Shown in pieces: positions 33,773 to 43,742 of a DNA stretch of 64,000 bases. The notes beneath the pieces were generated by a model. The model saw only the letters and a program-made list of their open reading frames with translations. It was not told where the DNA came from and ran no database searches. Position numbers and translations under genes: made by a program. Origin of the DNA: Oscillospiraceae bacterium (GTDB taxonomy: Bacteria; Bacillota; Clostridia; Oscillospirales; Ruminococcaceae); NCBI GenBank assembly GCA_016296485.1, contig JAEDJF010000001.1, forward strand, positions 1,438-65,437, in the 5' to 3' direction. Numbering within the stretch: position 1 is the stretch's first letter; the number at the start of each line of letters is the position of its first letter.

Positions 33773-33967
33773 ATGGATGTGGATATGATTTTTAAAATTG
33801 CCGCAATAGGAATAATCGTTGCGGTGCTCAACCAGGTGCTCATACGCTCCGGAAGAGAGGAGCAGGCTATGATGACGACCCTTGCGGGGCTAATAGTGGT
33901 GCTCATGATGCTCATCAGCGAAATAAGCAACCTTTTTGACACTGTAAAGTCGGTGTTCGGGCTATGA
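33773..33967 (+). CDS. spoIIIAC: stage III sporulation protein AC
   Basis: 64 aa with two TM helices (IFKIAAIGIIVAVLNQVL...). Matches the conserved SpoIIIAC/AD family. Confidence 0.88.
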   Translation: MDVDMIFKIAAIGIIVAVLNQVLIRSGREEQAMMTTLAGLIVVLMMLISEISNLFDTVKSVFGL

Positions 33968-34359
33968 ATGAAATTATAACGGCGGCGGGAATTGCCGTAA
34001 TTGCGACCGGTGCGGCTGTCCTTTTAAAGCAGTACAAGCCCGAATACGCTTTCGGAGTATCCCTTGCGGCGGGCGCCACGATTCTCATATTCGTAATGTT
34101 TAAGCTCGGAGACATTATCGGAAGCGTCGAAGAGTTCGTTTCTCTTGCCGGGATAAGCAATGAGCACTACAAAATAATGCTGCGCTGTCTTGGGGTATGT
34201 ATGATAACTAAAATAACCTCCGAAACCTGTAAAGACTGCGGTCAGGGCTCAATATCCACAAAAATCGATATGGCCGGGAAAATTATAATCCTTGCTATCG
34301 CGATGCCTCTTTTTTCGGAAATAATGTCAATCGTAAAAGCGCTTACGGAGATGCGATGA
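33964..34359 (+). CDS. spoIIIAD: stage III sporulation protein AD
   Basis: 131 aa membrane protein, a paralogue of AC, in the expected operon position. Confidence 0.88.
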   Translation: MNEIITAAGIAVIATGAAVLLKQYKPEYAFGVSLAAGATILIFVMFKLGDIIGSVEEFVSLAGISNEHYKIMLRCLGVCMITKITSETCKDCGQGSISTKIDMAGKIIILAIAMPLFSEIMSIVKALTEMR

Positions 34360-35474
34360 AAAAACTACTGATTTGTATTTTAATCCTTTCTTCGGCTATT
34401 TTTCTTTCCGGCTCTTACTACCAAGAAAGTGTCGATGAACAGCTTGAAATAGCGGCTGAAAGCGGCATCGGCAACGCCGTTCCGGAGGAAGCCGCAAAAC
34501 TACTTGAGAAAATAGGAATAGACGACATAGACGCCGATTCGCTCGCTTCGCTTTCCTTTAAAGACGTTTTTGCGCTCATAGTCGAAAGTCTTGCAGAAAA
34601 AATAAAGCAGCCCTTTTACGCGGTAATAACGGTTATGGTCGCAGGAATTCTTTGTACGCTCGTACATAGCCTCGGTGAAAGCGTCGGCAAAACAGGAACG
34701 GTTTACAATACCGTCTGTACCATTACTGTTGCGGTAAGCGTAGTTTTCCCTATGAAAGAAGTGATTTCATCGGCCGCAAGGGTTATTGAGGAGTGTTCAG
34801 ACTTTATGCTGGCGTTTGTTCCGGTTTATTCCTCGGTAATAACCGCTTCGGGATACGTTTCCTCCGGAATGGGTTACAGAACGCTTATGCTCGGAGCGGT
34901 GACCGCCGTATCGAGAATAGCTGGGCAAATTGTTACGCCGCTTATCTGTATTTATCTTGCGATTTGCGTCGCCGGAATCGCTTCGCCCGTTGACATCGGC
35001 GGAATATCAAAATGCGTAAAAAACTTTGCCGTTTGGGTGCTGAGCGGAACAATGGCGCTTTTTTCCGGAGTAATGGGGCTCGGCTCAATCGTGTCCGCTT
35101 CTGCGGACGGCGTTGGGTATAAGGCGGCTAAATTTATCGTCGGAAGCTCCGTTCCGGTGGTTGGCGGAACAATTTCTGACGCTCTCGCGGCGATGAAAGG
35201 CTGTCTACTTATGACAAAAAACATACTCGGAGCTTACGCAATCATAGTTACTGCTGCGATTTTTATTCCGGCGCTTATAAGCCTTTTGTCCTGGAAAATA
35301 TGCCTTGCCGCCGGAGCGGCCGTGGGAGAGCTTTGCGGCAACAAAACCCTTTCGTCGCTTCTTACTTCGTCCTCATCGGTGATGGGGATAATGCTCGCCC
35401 TTATCATCACAACGGGAGCAATGTTTATTTTTTCCGTAGCAATAATGCTTATGGCTGGAGGTGCAATAGGTTAA
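34356..35474 (+). CDS. spoIIIAE: stage III sporulation protein AE
   Basis: 372 aa with a signal sequence plus a polytopic membrane domain. Assigned by operon position. Confidence 0.88.
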   Translation: MKKLLICILILSSAIFLSGSYYQESVDEQLEIAAESGIGNAVPEEAAKLLEKIGIDDIDADSLASLSFKDVFALIVESLAEKIKQPFYAVITVMVAGILCTLVHSLGESVGKTGTVYNTVCTITVAVSVVFPMKEVISSAARVIEECSDFMLAFVPVYSSVITASGYVSSGMGYRTLMLGAVTAVSRIAGQIVTPLICIYLAICVAGIASPVDIGGISKCVKNFAVWVLSGTMALFSGVMGLGSIVSASADGVGYKAAKFIVGSSVPVVGGTISDALAAMKGCLLMTKNILGAYAIIVTAAIFIPALISLLSWKICLAAGAAVGELCGNKTLSSLLTSSSSVMGIMLALIITTGAMFIFSVAIMLMAGGAIG

Positions 35475-35953
35475 TGGACGAAATCAAAAGCTGGACCTTT
35501 TCAATCTGCTCCGCTTCAATTTGCGGAGCGATAATGAACATTATTTTGCCCGAAGGGAGCACACAAAAGATATTCAAAAGCGTTTTTTGCGTGTTTTTTC
35601 TTTGCTGTCTTATTTCTCCGCTTTTAAATATGAATCTTTTTAACGAAAAAAATATTCTAAACTCTTTTGACTATGAATATAGAGAGAAAGACAACACCGA
35701 AAATCGCTTATATGAGTCCGCCGCAAGAACGATAGAGGACGAAATCCGCTCAAATACAAAGGAAATACTGCGGCAGGAGAATATTGAATATAGCAATATT
35801 TCGGTTCGGGTTAATATTTTGGAAAGCGGCGGCATAGAAATTATTGAGTTTCGTATCACCGCCTATTCCGATATTTCCGAATCGTTAAAAGAGAAAATAG
35901 GAAACGAAACCGGACTTATTCCGGATGTAGAAATTTTGGGAGAAAGTTTTTGA
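35474..35953 (+). CDS. spoIIIAF: stage III sporulation protein AF
   Basis: Start at MDEIKSW (TAATG overlap with spoIIIAE). Two N-terminal TM helices plus a soluble domain. The tracked ORF from 35300 is an unstopped upstream extension. Confidence 0.8.
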   Translation: MDEIKSWTFSICSASICGAIMNIILPEGSTQKIFKSVFCVFFLCCLISPLLNMNLFNEKNILNSFDYEYREKDNTENRLYESAARTIEDEIRSNTKEILRQENIEYSNISVRVNILESGGIEIIEFRITAYSDISESLKEKIGNETGLIPDVEILGESF

Positions 35954-35954
35954 T

Positions 35955-36512
35955 ATGGATGCTTTAAAAAATTTAAGTACGAAGTTCAAAAATCTTTTTG
36001 ACGGCAAGGACAAAAATAAAATTAGCAAATTCGTGCTTATTTTAGGTCTTATAGGAATAGCGCTTATTTTTTTGTCAGAGGTCCTTCCCGAAGGCGGAAA
36101 AAATCAGGAAATAAAACAGGCGGAGGACGGCGTCTATCTGTCCTACGAAAGGGAGGAACAGCTCGAAAGGCGGCTCGAGGAGATGCTTTCAAAAATTGAA
36201 GGGGCAGGAAAAACTTCGGTTATGCTCACTTTGGATTCTTCCAAAGAATTTTACTACGCCGCCGAAATCTCAAGCGACAGCTACGAAAACGAGACCGAAA
36301 GACGAAACGATACCGAAGCAAATTTTGCGATTATTGACGGAGAAAACGGCGAAGAGCCGCTTATCATAAAAGTTAACGAAGCAAAGATCCGCGGTGTGCT
36401 GGTCGTTTGCGAGGGAGGGGATAATGCCACGGTAACCGAAAAAATTATAGATGCGGTTTGCGCCGTGCTCGGCGTTCCGTCAAGCCAGGTAAGTGTTTCC
36501 AAAATGGCTTAA
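35955..36512 (+). CDS. spoIIIAG: stage III sporulation protein AG
   Basis: 185 aa with an N-terminal TM helix and a C-terminal ring-building-motif-like domain (IRGVLVVCEGGDN). Confidence 0.85.
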   Translation: MDALKNLSTKFKNLFDGKDKNKISKFVLILGLIGIALIFLSEVLPEGGKNQEIKQAEDGVYLSYEREEQLERRLEEMLSKIEGAGKTSVMLTLDSSKEFYYAAEISSDSYENETERRNDTEANFAIIDGENGEEPLIIKVNEAKIRGVLVVCEGGDNATVTEKIIDAVCAVLGVPSSQVSVSKMA

Positions 36513-36538
36513 TATAAACTTATGAGGAGGAAGAATAT

Positions 36539-37180
36539 ATGACCAGTATCAGCAACTACGAAAGCGTTGAGCTTCCGGAAATCGAGGAGAAAACAGAGAA
36601 AAAAGGTATTTTTGGGTTTGCCAAAGATATAAAGAAGCGCAAATTCAGCTTCAATTTAAAGAAAAAACATATCGCAATGGCGTCGCTCGTACTTATGCTT
36701 GCCGCGGCGGTATACATAAATTATCTTTACTCCGTGGGCGACCTTGACGGGCTCATCGCTGCCGACAAAAATTACGGCGACTCAATCCTTGTGGGCGAAG
36801 AAAATAAAAACGCCGGGGAGGTTTCGGACGTTGCTTCCTATTTCAGCGAAGCCAGGATCTCGAGACAGCAGTCGAGAGACGAAGCGGTACAGACGATACA
36901 GAATCTTGTAGCGGCGGATGCGACGGAGGATCAGATGGCTTCTCTTTCCCAAAAAGCCGAAGAAATAACCGCCAATATGGAGCTTGAAAACAAAATTGAA
37001 TCCATGATAAAGGCAAAGGGCTTCAATGACTGCATAGTCTATATCTCCGGGGAATACGCCGACGTAATGGTAGAAACCGACGGGCTTCTCGCTACCGAAG
37101 CTGCGCTCATTAAAGAAGCAATCGTACAGGAAACTTCCGTTCCGGTCGAAAATATCTCAATCGTTGAGGTCAACGGATAA
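36539..37180 (+). CDS. spoIIIAH: stage III sporulation protein AH
   Basis: 213 aa with a TM anchor and a YscJ/FliF-like C-terminal domain (DCIVYISGEYADVMVE). Confidence 0.85.
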   Translation: MTSISNYESVELPEIEEKTEKKGIFGFAKDIKKRKFSFNLKKKHIAMASLVLMLAAAVYINYLYSVGDLDGLIAADKNYGDSILVGEENKNAGEVSDVASYFSEARISRQQSRDEAVQTIQNLVAADATEDQMASLSQKAEEITANMELENKIESMIKAKGFNDCIVYISGEYADVMVETDGLLATEAALIKEAIVQETSVPVENISIVEVNG

Positions 37181-37195
37181 AACAGCAAAATAAAG

Positions 37196-37232
37196 GCGTC
37201 GCTGAACAAAATTCAGCGGCGCTTTTTCTTTT
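37196..37232 (+). terminator. intrinsic terminator of the spoIIIA operon
   Basis: GCGTCGCTGAA/TTCAGCGGCGC stem with one mismatch, followed by a T-run. Confidence 0.75.
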
Positions 37233-37281
37233 GTAAAAATGTATATTTACAATATTTCTGCATAAAATTTATTCTTTTCTC

Positions 37282-37309
37282 TTGTAAATACAATTATAAG
37301 TGGTATAAT
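37282..37309 (+). promoter_or_regulatory. sigma-A promoter upstream of nusB
   Basis: TTGTAA, a 16-nt spacer ending in TGG (extended -10), then TATAAT. Confidence 0.6.
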
Positions 37310-37355
37310 ATTTTATAATAATAAAAGCAGTTTGAAAATTTTAAAGCGAGTTTTC

Positions 37356-37386
37356 CCTCCTCGGTAAAAACTGGGGAGGTTTTTTA
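37356..37386 (+). terminator. leader terminator (attenuator) immediately upstream of the nusB SD
   Basis: 9-bp stem CCTCCTCGG/CTGGGGAGG (two G-U pairs), loop TAAAAA, then TTTTTT. The CCCTCC arm is also perfectly complementary to the nusB SD GGAGGG at 37389-37394. Confidence 0.6.
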
Positions 37387-37400
37387 TTGGAGGGTTAAAA

Positions 37401-37832
37401 ATGACAAGAAAAGAAGAAAGAGAACAGGCTTTTGCAATCGTCTTTGAAAGCAGCTTTCACAGCGAAGGACTCGATTACATTCTCGAGAACGCGGCGGAGG
37501 ATCGGGACCTCGTGCTCGAGGACGGTTCTTTCGCGAAAGAGCTTGCGAGAATGACCATTGACAAACGCGACGAAATCGACGAAAAAATCGCAAGCTGTTC
37601 CACTCACTGGAAACCCGGAAGAATGGCGAAAGCTGCTCTTGCTATTCTTCGTATCGCCGTTTGCGAAATCTATTATTTTGACGATATTCCCGCAAGCGTT
37701 TCCATAAACGAAGCCATTGAGCTTGCTAAAACCTACGGCGGGGACGAGGACCCCGGTTTTGTAAACGGCGTTCTCGGCGCAGTTTACAAAAAGAAAACGG
37801 AAAGCTGCGATGAGTGTGTTTCTGGGGATTGA
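37401..37832 (+). CDS. nusB: transcription antitermination factor NusB
   Basis: 143 aa, [10 protein letters not shown]...[23 protein letters not shown], the typical NusB fold sequence. Confidence 0.9.
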   Translation: MTRKEEREQAFAIVFESSFHSEGLDYILENAAEDRDLVLEDGSFAKELARMTIDKRDEIDEKIASCSTHWKPGRMAKAALAILRIAVCEIYYFDDIPASVSINEAIELAKTYGGDEDPGFVNGVLGAVYKKKTESCDECVSGD

Positions 37833-38748
37833 TACAAGCAATTACACAACCTCCGCGGCGCTTTACGACGCCGAAACGGGGGAGATTTACCAGAGGAAAA
37901 AGCTGCTCCCTGTAAAAGAAGGGGAACTCGGGCTTCGCCAGTCCGACGCTGTGTTTTCCCACGTAAAACAGCTCGGGGATATTGTCGAAGAAGTGTTTGC
38001 CGAGCATGACGGAAAAATTGAAGCCGCGGGCGTTTCCACAAGGCCTAGGGACATTGACGGCTCGTATATGCCTTGCTTTCTCGTGGGCGATATGGTTTCC
38101 CGGTGCGTGGCTTCTGCGGTTTCTGCTCCGAGGTTTACTTTTTCCCACCAGCAAGGTCACGTTGCCGCGGCGCTCTATTCCGCAGGAAAGCTTGAGCTTC
38201 TGAATGAAAAATTTATCGCTTTCCACCTTTCCGGCGGAACGACCGAAGCTCTTTTAGTTGAACCGGACGAGGAGCGGATTATCCGGTGCTCAAAAATTGC
38301 CGGTTCTCTTGACCTAAAAGCCGGACAAGCGGTGGATAGGGTCGGAGTGATGCTCGGGCTTCCTTTTCCGGCAGGAAAGTACCTCGATGAGCTTGCTCAA
38401 AAGAGCAGCAGGAAGTTTAAAATAAAGCCCACGATGAAGGACGCGGACTGCTGCCTTTCGGGAATTGAAAACAAATGCGAAGCAATGCTCAAAAGCGGTG
38501 AGAGCCAAGAGGATATTTCTCTGTTTTGTCTTAAATCCGTCGAAGCGGCGCTTTGCAAAATGACGGAAGAGCTTTTGTCCGAGTATGGTGAGCTCCCTCT
38601 TGTCTATGCGGGAGGGGTTATGTCCAATTCAATAATCCGAAAAACCGTTGAGCGAAAATACGGCGGAATTTTCGCAAAGCCGGAGTTTTCCTCCGACAAC
38701 GCCGCCGGAATTGCCGTGCTCACTTCCGTCGCTTACGGTAGGAAATAA
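37810..38748 (+). CDS. TsaD/Kae1 (peptidase M22, ASKHA fold) family paralogue of unknown role
   Basis: N-terminal [10 protein letters not shown] phosphate-binding motif, an HQQGH metal site analogous to TsaD HMEGH, and a C-terminal YAGGVMSN motif. Overlaps nusB by 23 nt. Confidence 0.7.
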   Translation: MSVFLGIDTSNYTTSAALYDAETGEIYQRKKLLPVKEGELGLRQSDAVFSHVKQLGDIVEEVFAEHDGKIEAAGVSTRPRDIDGSYMPCFLVGDMVSRCVASAVSAPRFTFSHQQGHVAAALYSAGKLELLNEKFIAFHLSGGTTEALLVEPDEERIIRCSKIAGSLDLKAGQAVDRVGVMLGLPFPAGKYLDELAQKSSRKFKIKPTMKDADCCLSGIENKCEAMLKSGESQEDISLFCLKSVEAALCKMTEELLSEYGELPLVYAGGVMSNSIIRKTVERKYGGIFAKPEFSSDNAAGIAVLTSVAYGRK

Positions 38749-38769
38749 TTTTTAAGGGAGGTATCCGTT

Positions 38770-39990
38770 ATGGCTGGATTTAATATTTTGACGGTTACGC
38801 AGATAACCTCCTATCTAAAATCTTATATTGACGAAAATAAAAAGCTCTCCGGGGTATATATACGCGGAGAAATAACGGATTTCAGAGGAAACTATTATTC
38901 CGGACACTGTTATTTTACGCTAAAGGATGAGAGCTCGGAAATTTCCTGCGTGATGTTCCGAAGCTACGCCGATCGGCTGAGGTTTACGCCGTCGGACGGA
39001 ATGTCCGTCATAGTAAGATGCGACCTTTCCGTCTATCAGAAATCGTGCTCATGTCAGCTTTATGTTTACGACATACAGCCGGATGGTCTCGGCGCGAAGC
39101 ACCTCGCCTTTGAACAGCTCAAAGAGCGCCTCTTAAAAGAAGGACTTTTCGACGAGGGACATAAGAAAGCACTTCCGAAATACCCGGAAAAGATAGGCGT
39201 TATAACTTCCGCCCAAGGTGCGGCGATCCACGATATTATGAACGTGCTCGGGCGGCGCTGGCCGCTCGCAAAGCTCGTGCTCACGCCTGTCGCGGTACAG
39301 GGGGAGGAAGCCCCGAAGCAGCTTATTGCCGCCGTAATAAAGCAGGACACGGTTGTAAAACCCGACCTCATTATTATCGGAAGAGGCGGCGGAAGTTCCG
39401 ACGACCTTTCGGCTTTCAATGACGAAGAACTCGCAAGAGCTGTTTATAACTGCAAAACTCCCATAATTTCCGCCGTCGGTCACGAAACGGACTTTTCTAT
39501 CTGTGATTTTGTGGCGGATCTCCGGGCGCCGACTCCGTCGGCGGCGGCGGAGCTCGCCGCTCCAAATGCCGAGGAGCTTATGCAAACGCTGGATTCCAAC
39601 GCGGAGTGGCTCGAAAGCACTCTCAAAAGGAAAATAGATACCTTAAGTTCTGCTTTGGAGAGAATCAATGCTGTAAAGTTTAAAAACTTGACATTTAGAA
39701 AAGCCGATAATTATGCTGAAAAACTGAACGCATATAAGAAATCCCTCCTTTCCTGCGTACAACAAAGCATCGGCAAAAAACAGACGCTTCTTTCCGAGGA
39801 ACTTATAAAACTCGACGTAAACAGCCCGTCAAACTTATTGAAACGCTCCGTTTGCCGTGCGGAAAAGGACGGAGCAAAGCTCAAAAGCGCATCGCAGCTT
39901 CAAATCGGGGACAGCTTTGAACTTTTCTTTGCCGACGGAAAAATCGACGCTACGGTAATTAATAAAAAAGAAGGGGGAATTTCGCCTTGA
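38770..39990 (+). CDS. xseA: exodeoxyribonuclease VII large subunit
   Basis: OB-fold N-terminus (VYIRGEITDFR...GHCYFTLKD), catalytic core (IGVITSAQGAAIHD, RGGGS) and a coiled-coil tail. Confidence 0.95.
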   Translation: MAGFNILTVTQITSYLKSYIDENKKLSGVYIRGEITDFRGNYYSGHCYFTLKDESSEISCVMFRSYADRLRFTPSDGMSVIVRCDLSVYQKSCSCQLYVYDIQPDGLGAKHLAFEQLKERLLKEGLFDEGHKKALPKYPEKIGVITSAQGAAIHDIMNVLGRRWPLAKLVLTPVAVQGEEAPKQLIAAVIKQDTVVKPDLIIIGRGGGSSDDLSAFNDEELARAVYNCKTPIISAVGHETDFSICDFVADLRAPTPSAAAELAAPNAEELMQTLDSNAEWLESTLKRKIDTLSSALERINAVKFKNLTFRKADNYAEKLNAYKKSLLSCVQQSIGKKQTLLSEELIKLDVNSPSNLLKRSVCRAEKDGAKLKSASQLQIGDSFELFFADGKIDATVINKKEGGISP

Positions 39991-40175
39991 AAAAAGAAAT
40001 TAAATTTGAAGAAGCACTCAAAAAACTTGCTGAAATAAACGAAAAACTTGAATCCGACGAAATTTCGCTGGAAGAATCGCTTACTTTATATAAAGAGGGG
40101 ATAGAGCTTACGAAGCTTTGCCAAAAGAAGCTCGACGAAGCAAAGCAGGAAATCGAACAGCTCGGAGAAGTTTGA
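39987..40175 (+). CDS. xseB: exodeoxyribonuclease VII small subunit
   Basis: 62 aa helical hairpin (FEEALKKLAEINEKLESDEISLEESLTLYKEG). TTG start overlaps the xseA stop. Confidence 0.9.
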   Translation: MKKEIKFEEALKKLAEINEKLESDEISLEESLTLYKEGIELTKLCQKKLDEAKQEIEQLGEV

Positions 40176-40190
40176 TTTTTGGGAGGAAAA

Positions 40191-41057
40191 ATGTTTTCTT
40201 TCATTGACAAAGATAAAAGACTTATAGACGAAGCCATGAGCACAGAGCTCGTTGCTTCGTGCTCAAACGAAGATGAAATAATAAAATTTATGCGCTACTC
40301 GGCTCTTGAGGGAAAAAGGCTTCGGGGGATTTTGACCCTCGAATTTGCCAAAACCTTTGGCTGTTCCTACGGCGAAGCTATGCCTTACGCAATAGGCGTC
40401 GAGTGTATACAGGCATATTCGCTTATCCACGACGACCTTCCCTGTATGGATGACGACGATATGAGAAGGGGAAAGCCATCGAGCCATATTGCTTTCGGCG
40501 AAGCAAACGCTCTTCTTGCAGGCGACGCTCTTTTAACTCACGCGTTTTCCGCGATTTCCGAAAGTCCTTCGGCGATTGAACACCCCGAAAGGGCTGTAAA
40601 GGCGATTGCCATACTCTCAAAATTCGCCGGATACAGAGGAATGGTCGCCGGACAGGTGATGGACCTTGAGGCGGCGGAAAAGGTTGTTTCCGCCGAAAAA
40701 CTCAGCGTTATTCATTCCCTTAAAACCACCGCGCTCATAAAAGCCGCAGTTCTCCTTGGTTGCGCCGCAGCAGGAGCGGAAGACGAACTTTGCGCTCTCG
40801 TCGAAAACTACGCCGACGGCTTCGGAAGGGCGTTCCAAATGATTGACGACCTTCTTGACTTTAACGGCGACTATGAAAGCTGTGAACTCAACTCTTACGT
40901 CAAGGTTCACGGCGAGGAAAAGACGAGAGCTGATGCTCAAAAAGCCATCGCCGACGCGCGCTTCGCCCTTTCTGAACTTGACAAACGTGGATACAGCACC
41001 GAAGTTTTCTATGGGCTTTTGGATTTTCTTACTGCAAGAATGGAAAAGAAAGTTTGA
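40191..41057 (+). CDS. ispA: (2E,6E)-farnesyl/geranylgeranyl diphosphate synthase
   Basis: FARM LIHDDLPCMDDDDMRRG and SARM FQMIDDLLD motifs. ATG at 40191 lies behind GGGAGG. Confidence 0.9.
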   Translation: MFSFIDKDKRLIDEAMSTELVASCSNEDEIIKFMRYSALEGKRLRGILTLEFAKTFGCSYGEAMPYAIGVECIQAYSLIHDDLPCMDDDDMRRGKPSSHIAFGEANALLAGDALLTHAFSAISESPSAIEHPERAVKAIAILSKFAGYRGMVAGQVMDLEAAEKVVSAEKLSVIHSLKTTALIKAAVLLGCAAAGAEDELCALVENYADGFGRAFQMIDDLLDFNGDYESCELNSYVKVHGEEKTRADAQKAIADARFALSELDKRGYSTEVFYGLLDFLTARMEKKV

Positions 41058-41082
41058 TTACAAATCTTGAACGGAGTTAATA

Positions 41083-42915
41083 ATGGATAAAAATCTTCTC
41101 GAAAGCATTGAGCTTCCCTACGGAGTTAAAAAACTTAATAATGAGCAGCTTAAAGAGCTTTGCCGGGAGATTCGCCTTGAGATAATCAACAAGGTTTCAG
41201 AAACCGGAGGACATCTCGCCTCGAACCTTGGCGCAGTGGAGCTCACGGTCGCTCTCCATTACGTTTTCAATTCACCCGAGGAGCCAATCGTCTGGGACGT
41301 CGGACATCAGTGCTACACCCACAAAATCCTAACAGGAAGGGATATTACCGGAATACGCACCGAAAACGGTCTTTCAGGTTTCCCGAAAAGCTCCGAAAGT
41401 GAGCACGACGCTTTTGTCGCCGGTCACGCCAGCACCTCCGTTTCCGCCGCCCTCGGAATCGCCGAGGCGAAAAAGCTAAAAGGCGACTACAGCTCCGTCG
41501 TTGCCGTCGTCGGCGATGGCGCAGTTTCCGGCGGAATGATATATGAGGCCCTCAATAACGCCGGAAGAAGCGGAACAAATCTCGTTGTCGTGCTCAACGA
41601 CAACGAGATGAGCATCTCACCGAACGTCGGCGCAATGGCAAAATACCTTGCGGATATACGCTCCAAAGAGGGATATTTCCGTTTTAAAGACCGTCTACAA
41701 AGAGATATGCTCAAAATACCCGTAATTGGAAAAGGGATTTTCAAAATTGCCAAGTCAATCAAAACAAGCCTTAAAGATTTCTACTACGGAAGCAACACCT
41801 TTGAGCATTTCGGGTTCGTTTACCTCGGACCCGTTGACGGACACGACGTCGCTATGCTCATACGGGCGCTTCGCCGGGCAAAAAGTCTTAAATGCCCTGT
41901 GCTTGTGCATGTGAACACCGTAAAAGGCAAGGGCTATGAACCCGCCGAAAGGCTCCCGTCAAAATTCCACGGCGTCGCGCCCTTTGAAAAAGAGAGCGGC
42001 GAGCTTCTTAAACCGCCGCAAAAATCCTTTTCAGACGCCTTCGGCGAAAGTCTTTGCAAAATCGCCGAAAAGGACGCTTCTGTCTGCGCCATAACTGCCG
42101 CAATGACCGACGGCACCGGGCTTCGCACCTTTGCCGAAAAATACGGCGACAGATTTTTTGACGTAGGAATTGCTGAGGAACACGCGATGACCTTCGCCGC
42201 CGGGCTTGCCGCCGGGGGAATGAAGCCCGTTTTCGCCGTTTATTCCACTTTTCTTCAGCGCTCCTGCGACCAGATAATACATGATGCGTCCATTGAACCG
42301 AAACACGTGGTTCTGGCGGTTGACCGCGCCGGAATAGTGGGCGGAGACGGCGAGACCCATCAGGGGATTTTCGATATTCCGATTCTTACGGCAGTTCCCG
42401 GAACCACAATCTATTGTCCCGCCGACTATGCCGAACTAGACAGGGAGCTTAATACCGCTTTTGCTTCCGACGGCGTACAGGTTTTGCGTTATCCCCGCGA
42501 CATCGAAAAAGCCGTCCCGGAAAAATACCGCAAAGAGTACTCCGACTTCGACTTTTTTGACAACAACAGCGAAAATCTTGTAGTATGCTTCGGGCGGATT
42601 TTTGTTTCCGCCTGCGAGGCGGCAGAAATCACCGGAGCTTCCGTCCTCAAGCTCGGAAAAGTCTTTCCCATCGAATCGGAAGCCGTCAGAATTGCCGCAG
42701 AGCACAAAAACGTGTTCTTCTTTGAGGAGTCCGTTGAGCACGGAAGCATCGCCGAGCATTTCGGCTGCGAACTTAACAAAATCGGCTTTTGCGGCAAATA
42801 TATATTTAAATGCGTGGACGGCTTCGTTCCGCATATGAAAGTTGAAACAGCGATGAAAATACACGGTCTTGATACTGAATCCATTACTGAACTTATAAGA
42901 AAGGAGACTTTATAA
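41083..42915 (+). CDS. dxs: 1-deoxy-D-xylulose-5-phosphate synthase
   Basis: GGHLASNLG, the TPP-binding GDGAVSGGMIYEALNNAG motif and a transketolase-like C-terminus. Confidence 0.97.
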   Translation: MDKNLLESIELPYGVKKLNNEQLKELCREIRLEIINKVSETGGHLASNLGAVELTVALHYVFNSPEEPIVWDVGHQCYTHKILTGRDITGIRTENGLSGFPKSSESEHDAFVAGHASTSVSAALGIAEAKKLKGDYSSVVAVVGDGAVSGGMIYEALNNAGRSGTNLVVVLNDNEMSISPNVGAMAKYLADIRSKEGYFRFKDRLQRDMLKIPVIGKGIFKIAKSIKTSLKDFYYGSNTFEHFGFVYLGPVDGHDVAMLIRALRRAKSLKCPVLVHVNTVKGKGYEPAERLPSKFHGVAPFEKESGELLKPPQKSFSDAFGESLCKIAEKDASVCAITAAMTDGTGLRTFAEKYGDRFFDVGIAEEHAMTFAAGLAAGGMKPVFAVYSTFLQRSCDQIIHDASIEPKHVVLAVDRAGIVGGDGETHQGIFDIPILTAVPGTTIYCPADYAELDRELNTAFASDGVQVLRYPRDIEKAVPEKYRKEYSDFDFFDNNSENLVVCFGRIFVSACEAAEITGASVLKLGKVFPIESEAVRIAAEHKNVFFFEESVEHGSIAEHFGCELNKIGFCGKYIFKCVDGFVPHMKVETAMKIHGLDTESITELIRKETL

Positions 42916-43742
42916 TGGCAGAAAAACAGCGTCTTGACGCCGAACTCGTTTCACGCGGAATTATCCAAAGCCGCGAGCAGGCAAAAGCGGCAATAATGGC
43001 GGGACAGGTTTACGTAAACGGACAAAAAGCCGACAAAGCGGGCGAACCTGTAACGGCCGCCGATAAAGTCGAATTTCGGGGAGAGAGTCTCAAATATGTT
43101 AGCCGCGGCGGGCTGAAGCTCGAGAAAGCTATGGAGCTTTACGACTTTAAGCTTGACGGAAAGACCTGTATGGACGTCGGCGCTTCGACCGGCGGCTTTA
43201 CCGACTGTATGCTGCAAAACGGAGCAAAAAAGGTCTATTCAATAGACGTCGGCTACGGTCAGCTTGCCTGGAGCCTAAGGCAGGACGAAAGAGTAATAAA
43301 TCTTGAGCGCACCAACGTAAGGTACATTACTAAAGAGCAGATTACCGACATTGTTGATTTCGTAAGCATCGACGTTTCCTTTATTTCTCTCGGTCTCGTT
43401 ATTCCCGTGCTGGGGCAGTTCCTTGCTCCCGACGCAATGATGGTCTGTCTTGTAAAACCACAGTTTGAGGCGGGAAAGGACAAGGTCGGCAAGCGCGGAG
43501 TTGTCAAGGACCCCAATACTCATATTGAAGTGCTCGAAAGAGCCGTTGGATTCGCGAAAAACGCCGGGTTCGGAATAGTCGGTCTTGAATTTTCTCCTAT
43601 CAAAGGACCGCAGGGCAACATAGAATATCTTATGGTGCTCACAAGAAAAGAGCCCGGGCTTTCGGTTTCGCCCGAAGAAATAAGGAAGCTCGTCGAGTCT
43701 TCACATGACGAGCTCGATAAAAAAGGGGTGGAGGCAAATTGA
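42915..43742 (+). CDS. tlyA: TlyA-family 16S/23S rRNA (cytidine-2'-O)-methyltransferase
   Basis: S4 domain (RLDAELVSRGIIQSREQAKAAIMAGQVYVNG) plus an FtsJ-like SAM motif DVGASTGGFTD. Confidence 0.9.
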   Translation: MAEKQRLDAELVSRGIIQSREQAKAAIMAGQVYVNGQKADKAGEPVTAADKVEFRGESLKYVSRGGLKLEKAMELYDFKLDGKTCMDVGASTGGFTDCMLQNGAKKVYSIDVGYGQLAWSLRQDERVINLERTNVRYITKEQITDIVDFVSIDVSFISLGLVIPVLGQFLAPDAMMVCLVKPQFEAGKDKVGKRGVVKDPNTHIEVLERAVGFAKNAGFGIVGLEFSPIKGPQGNIEYLMVLTRKEPGLSVSPEEIRKLVESSHDELDKKGVEAN

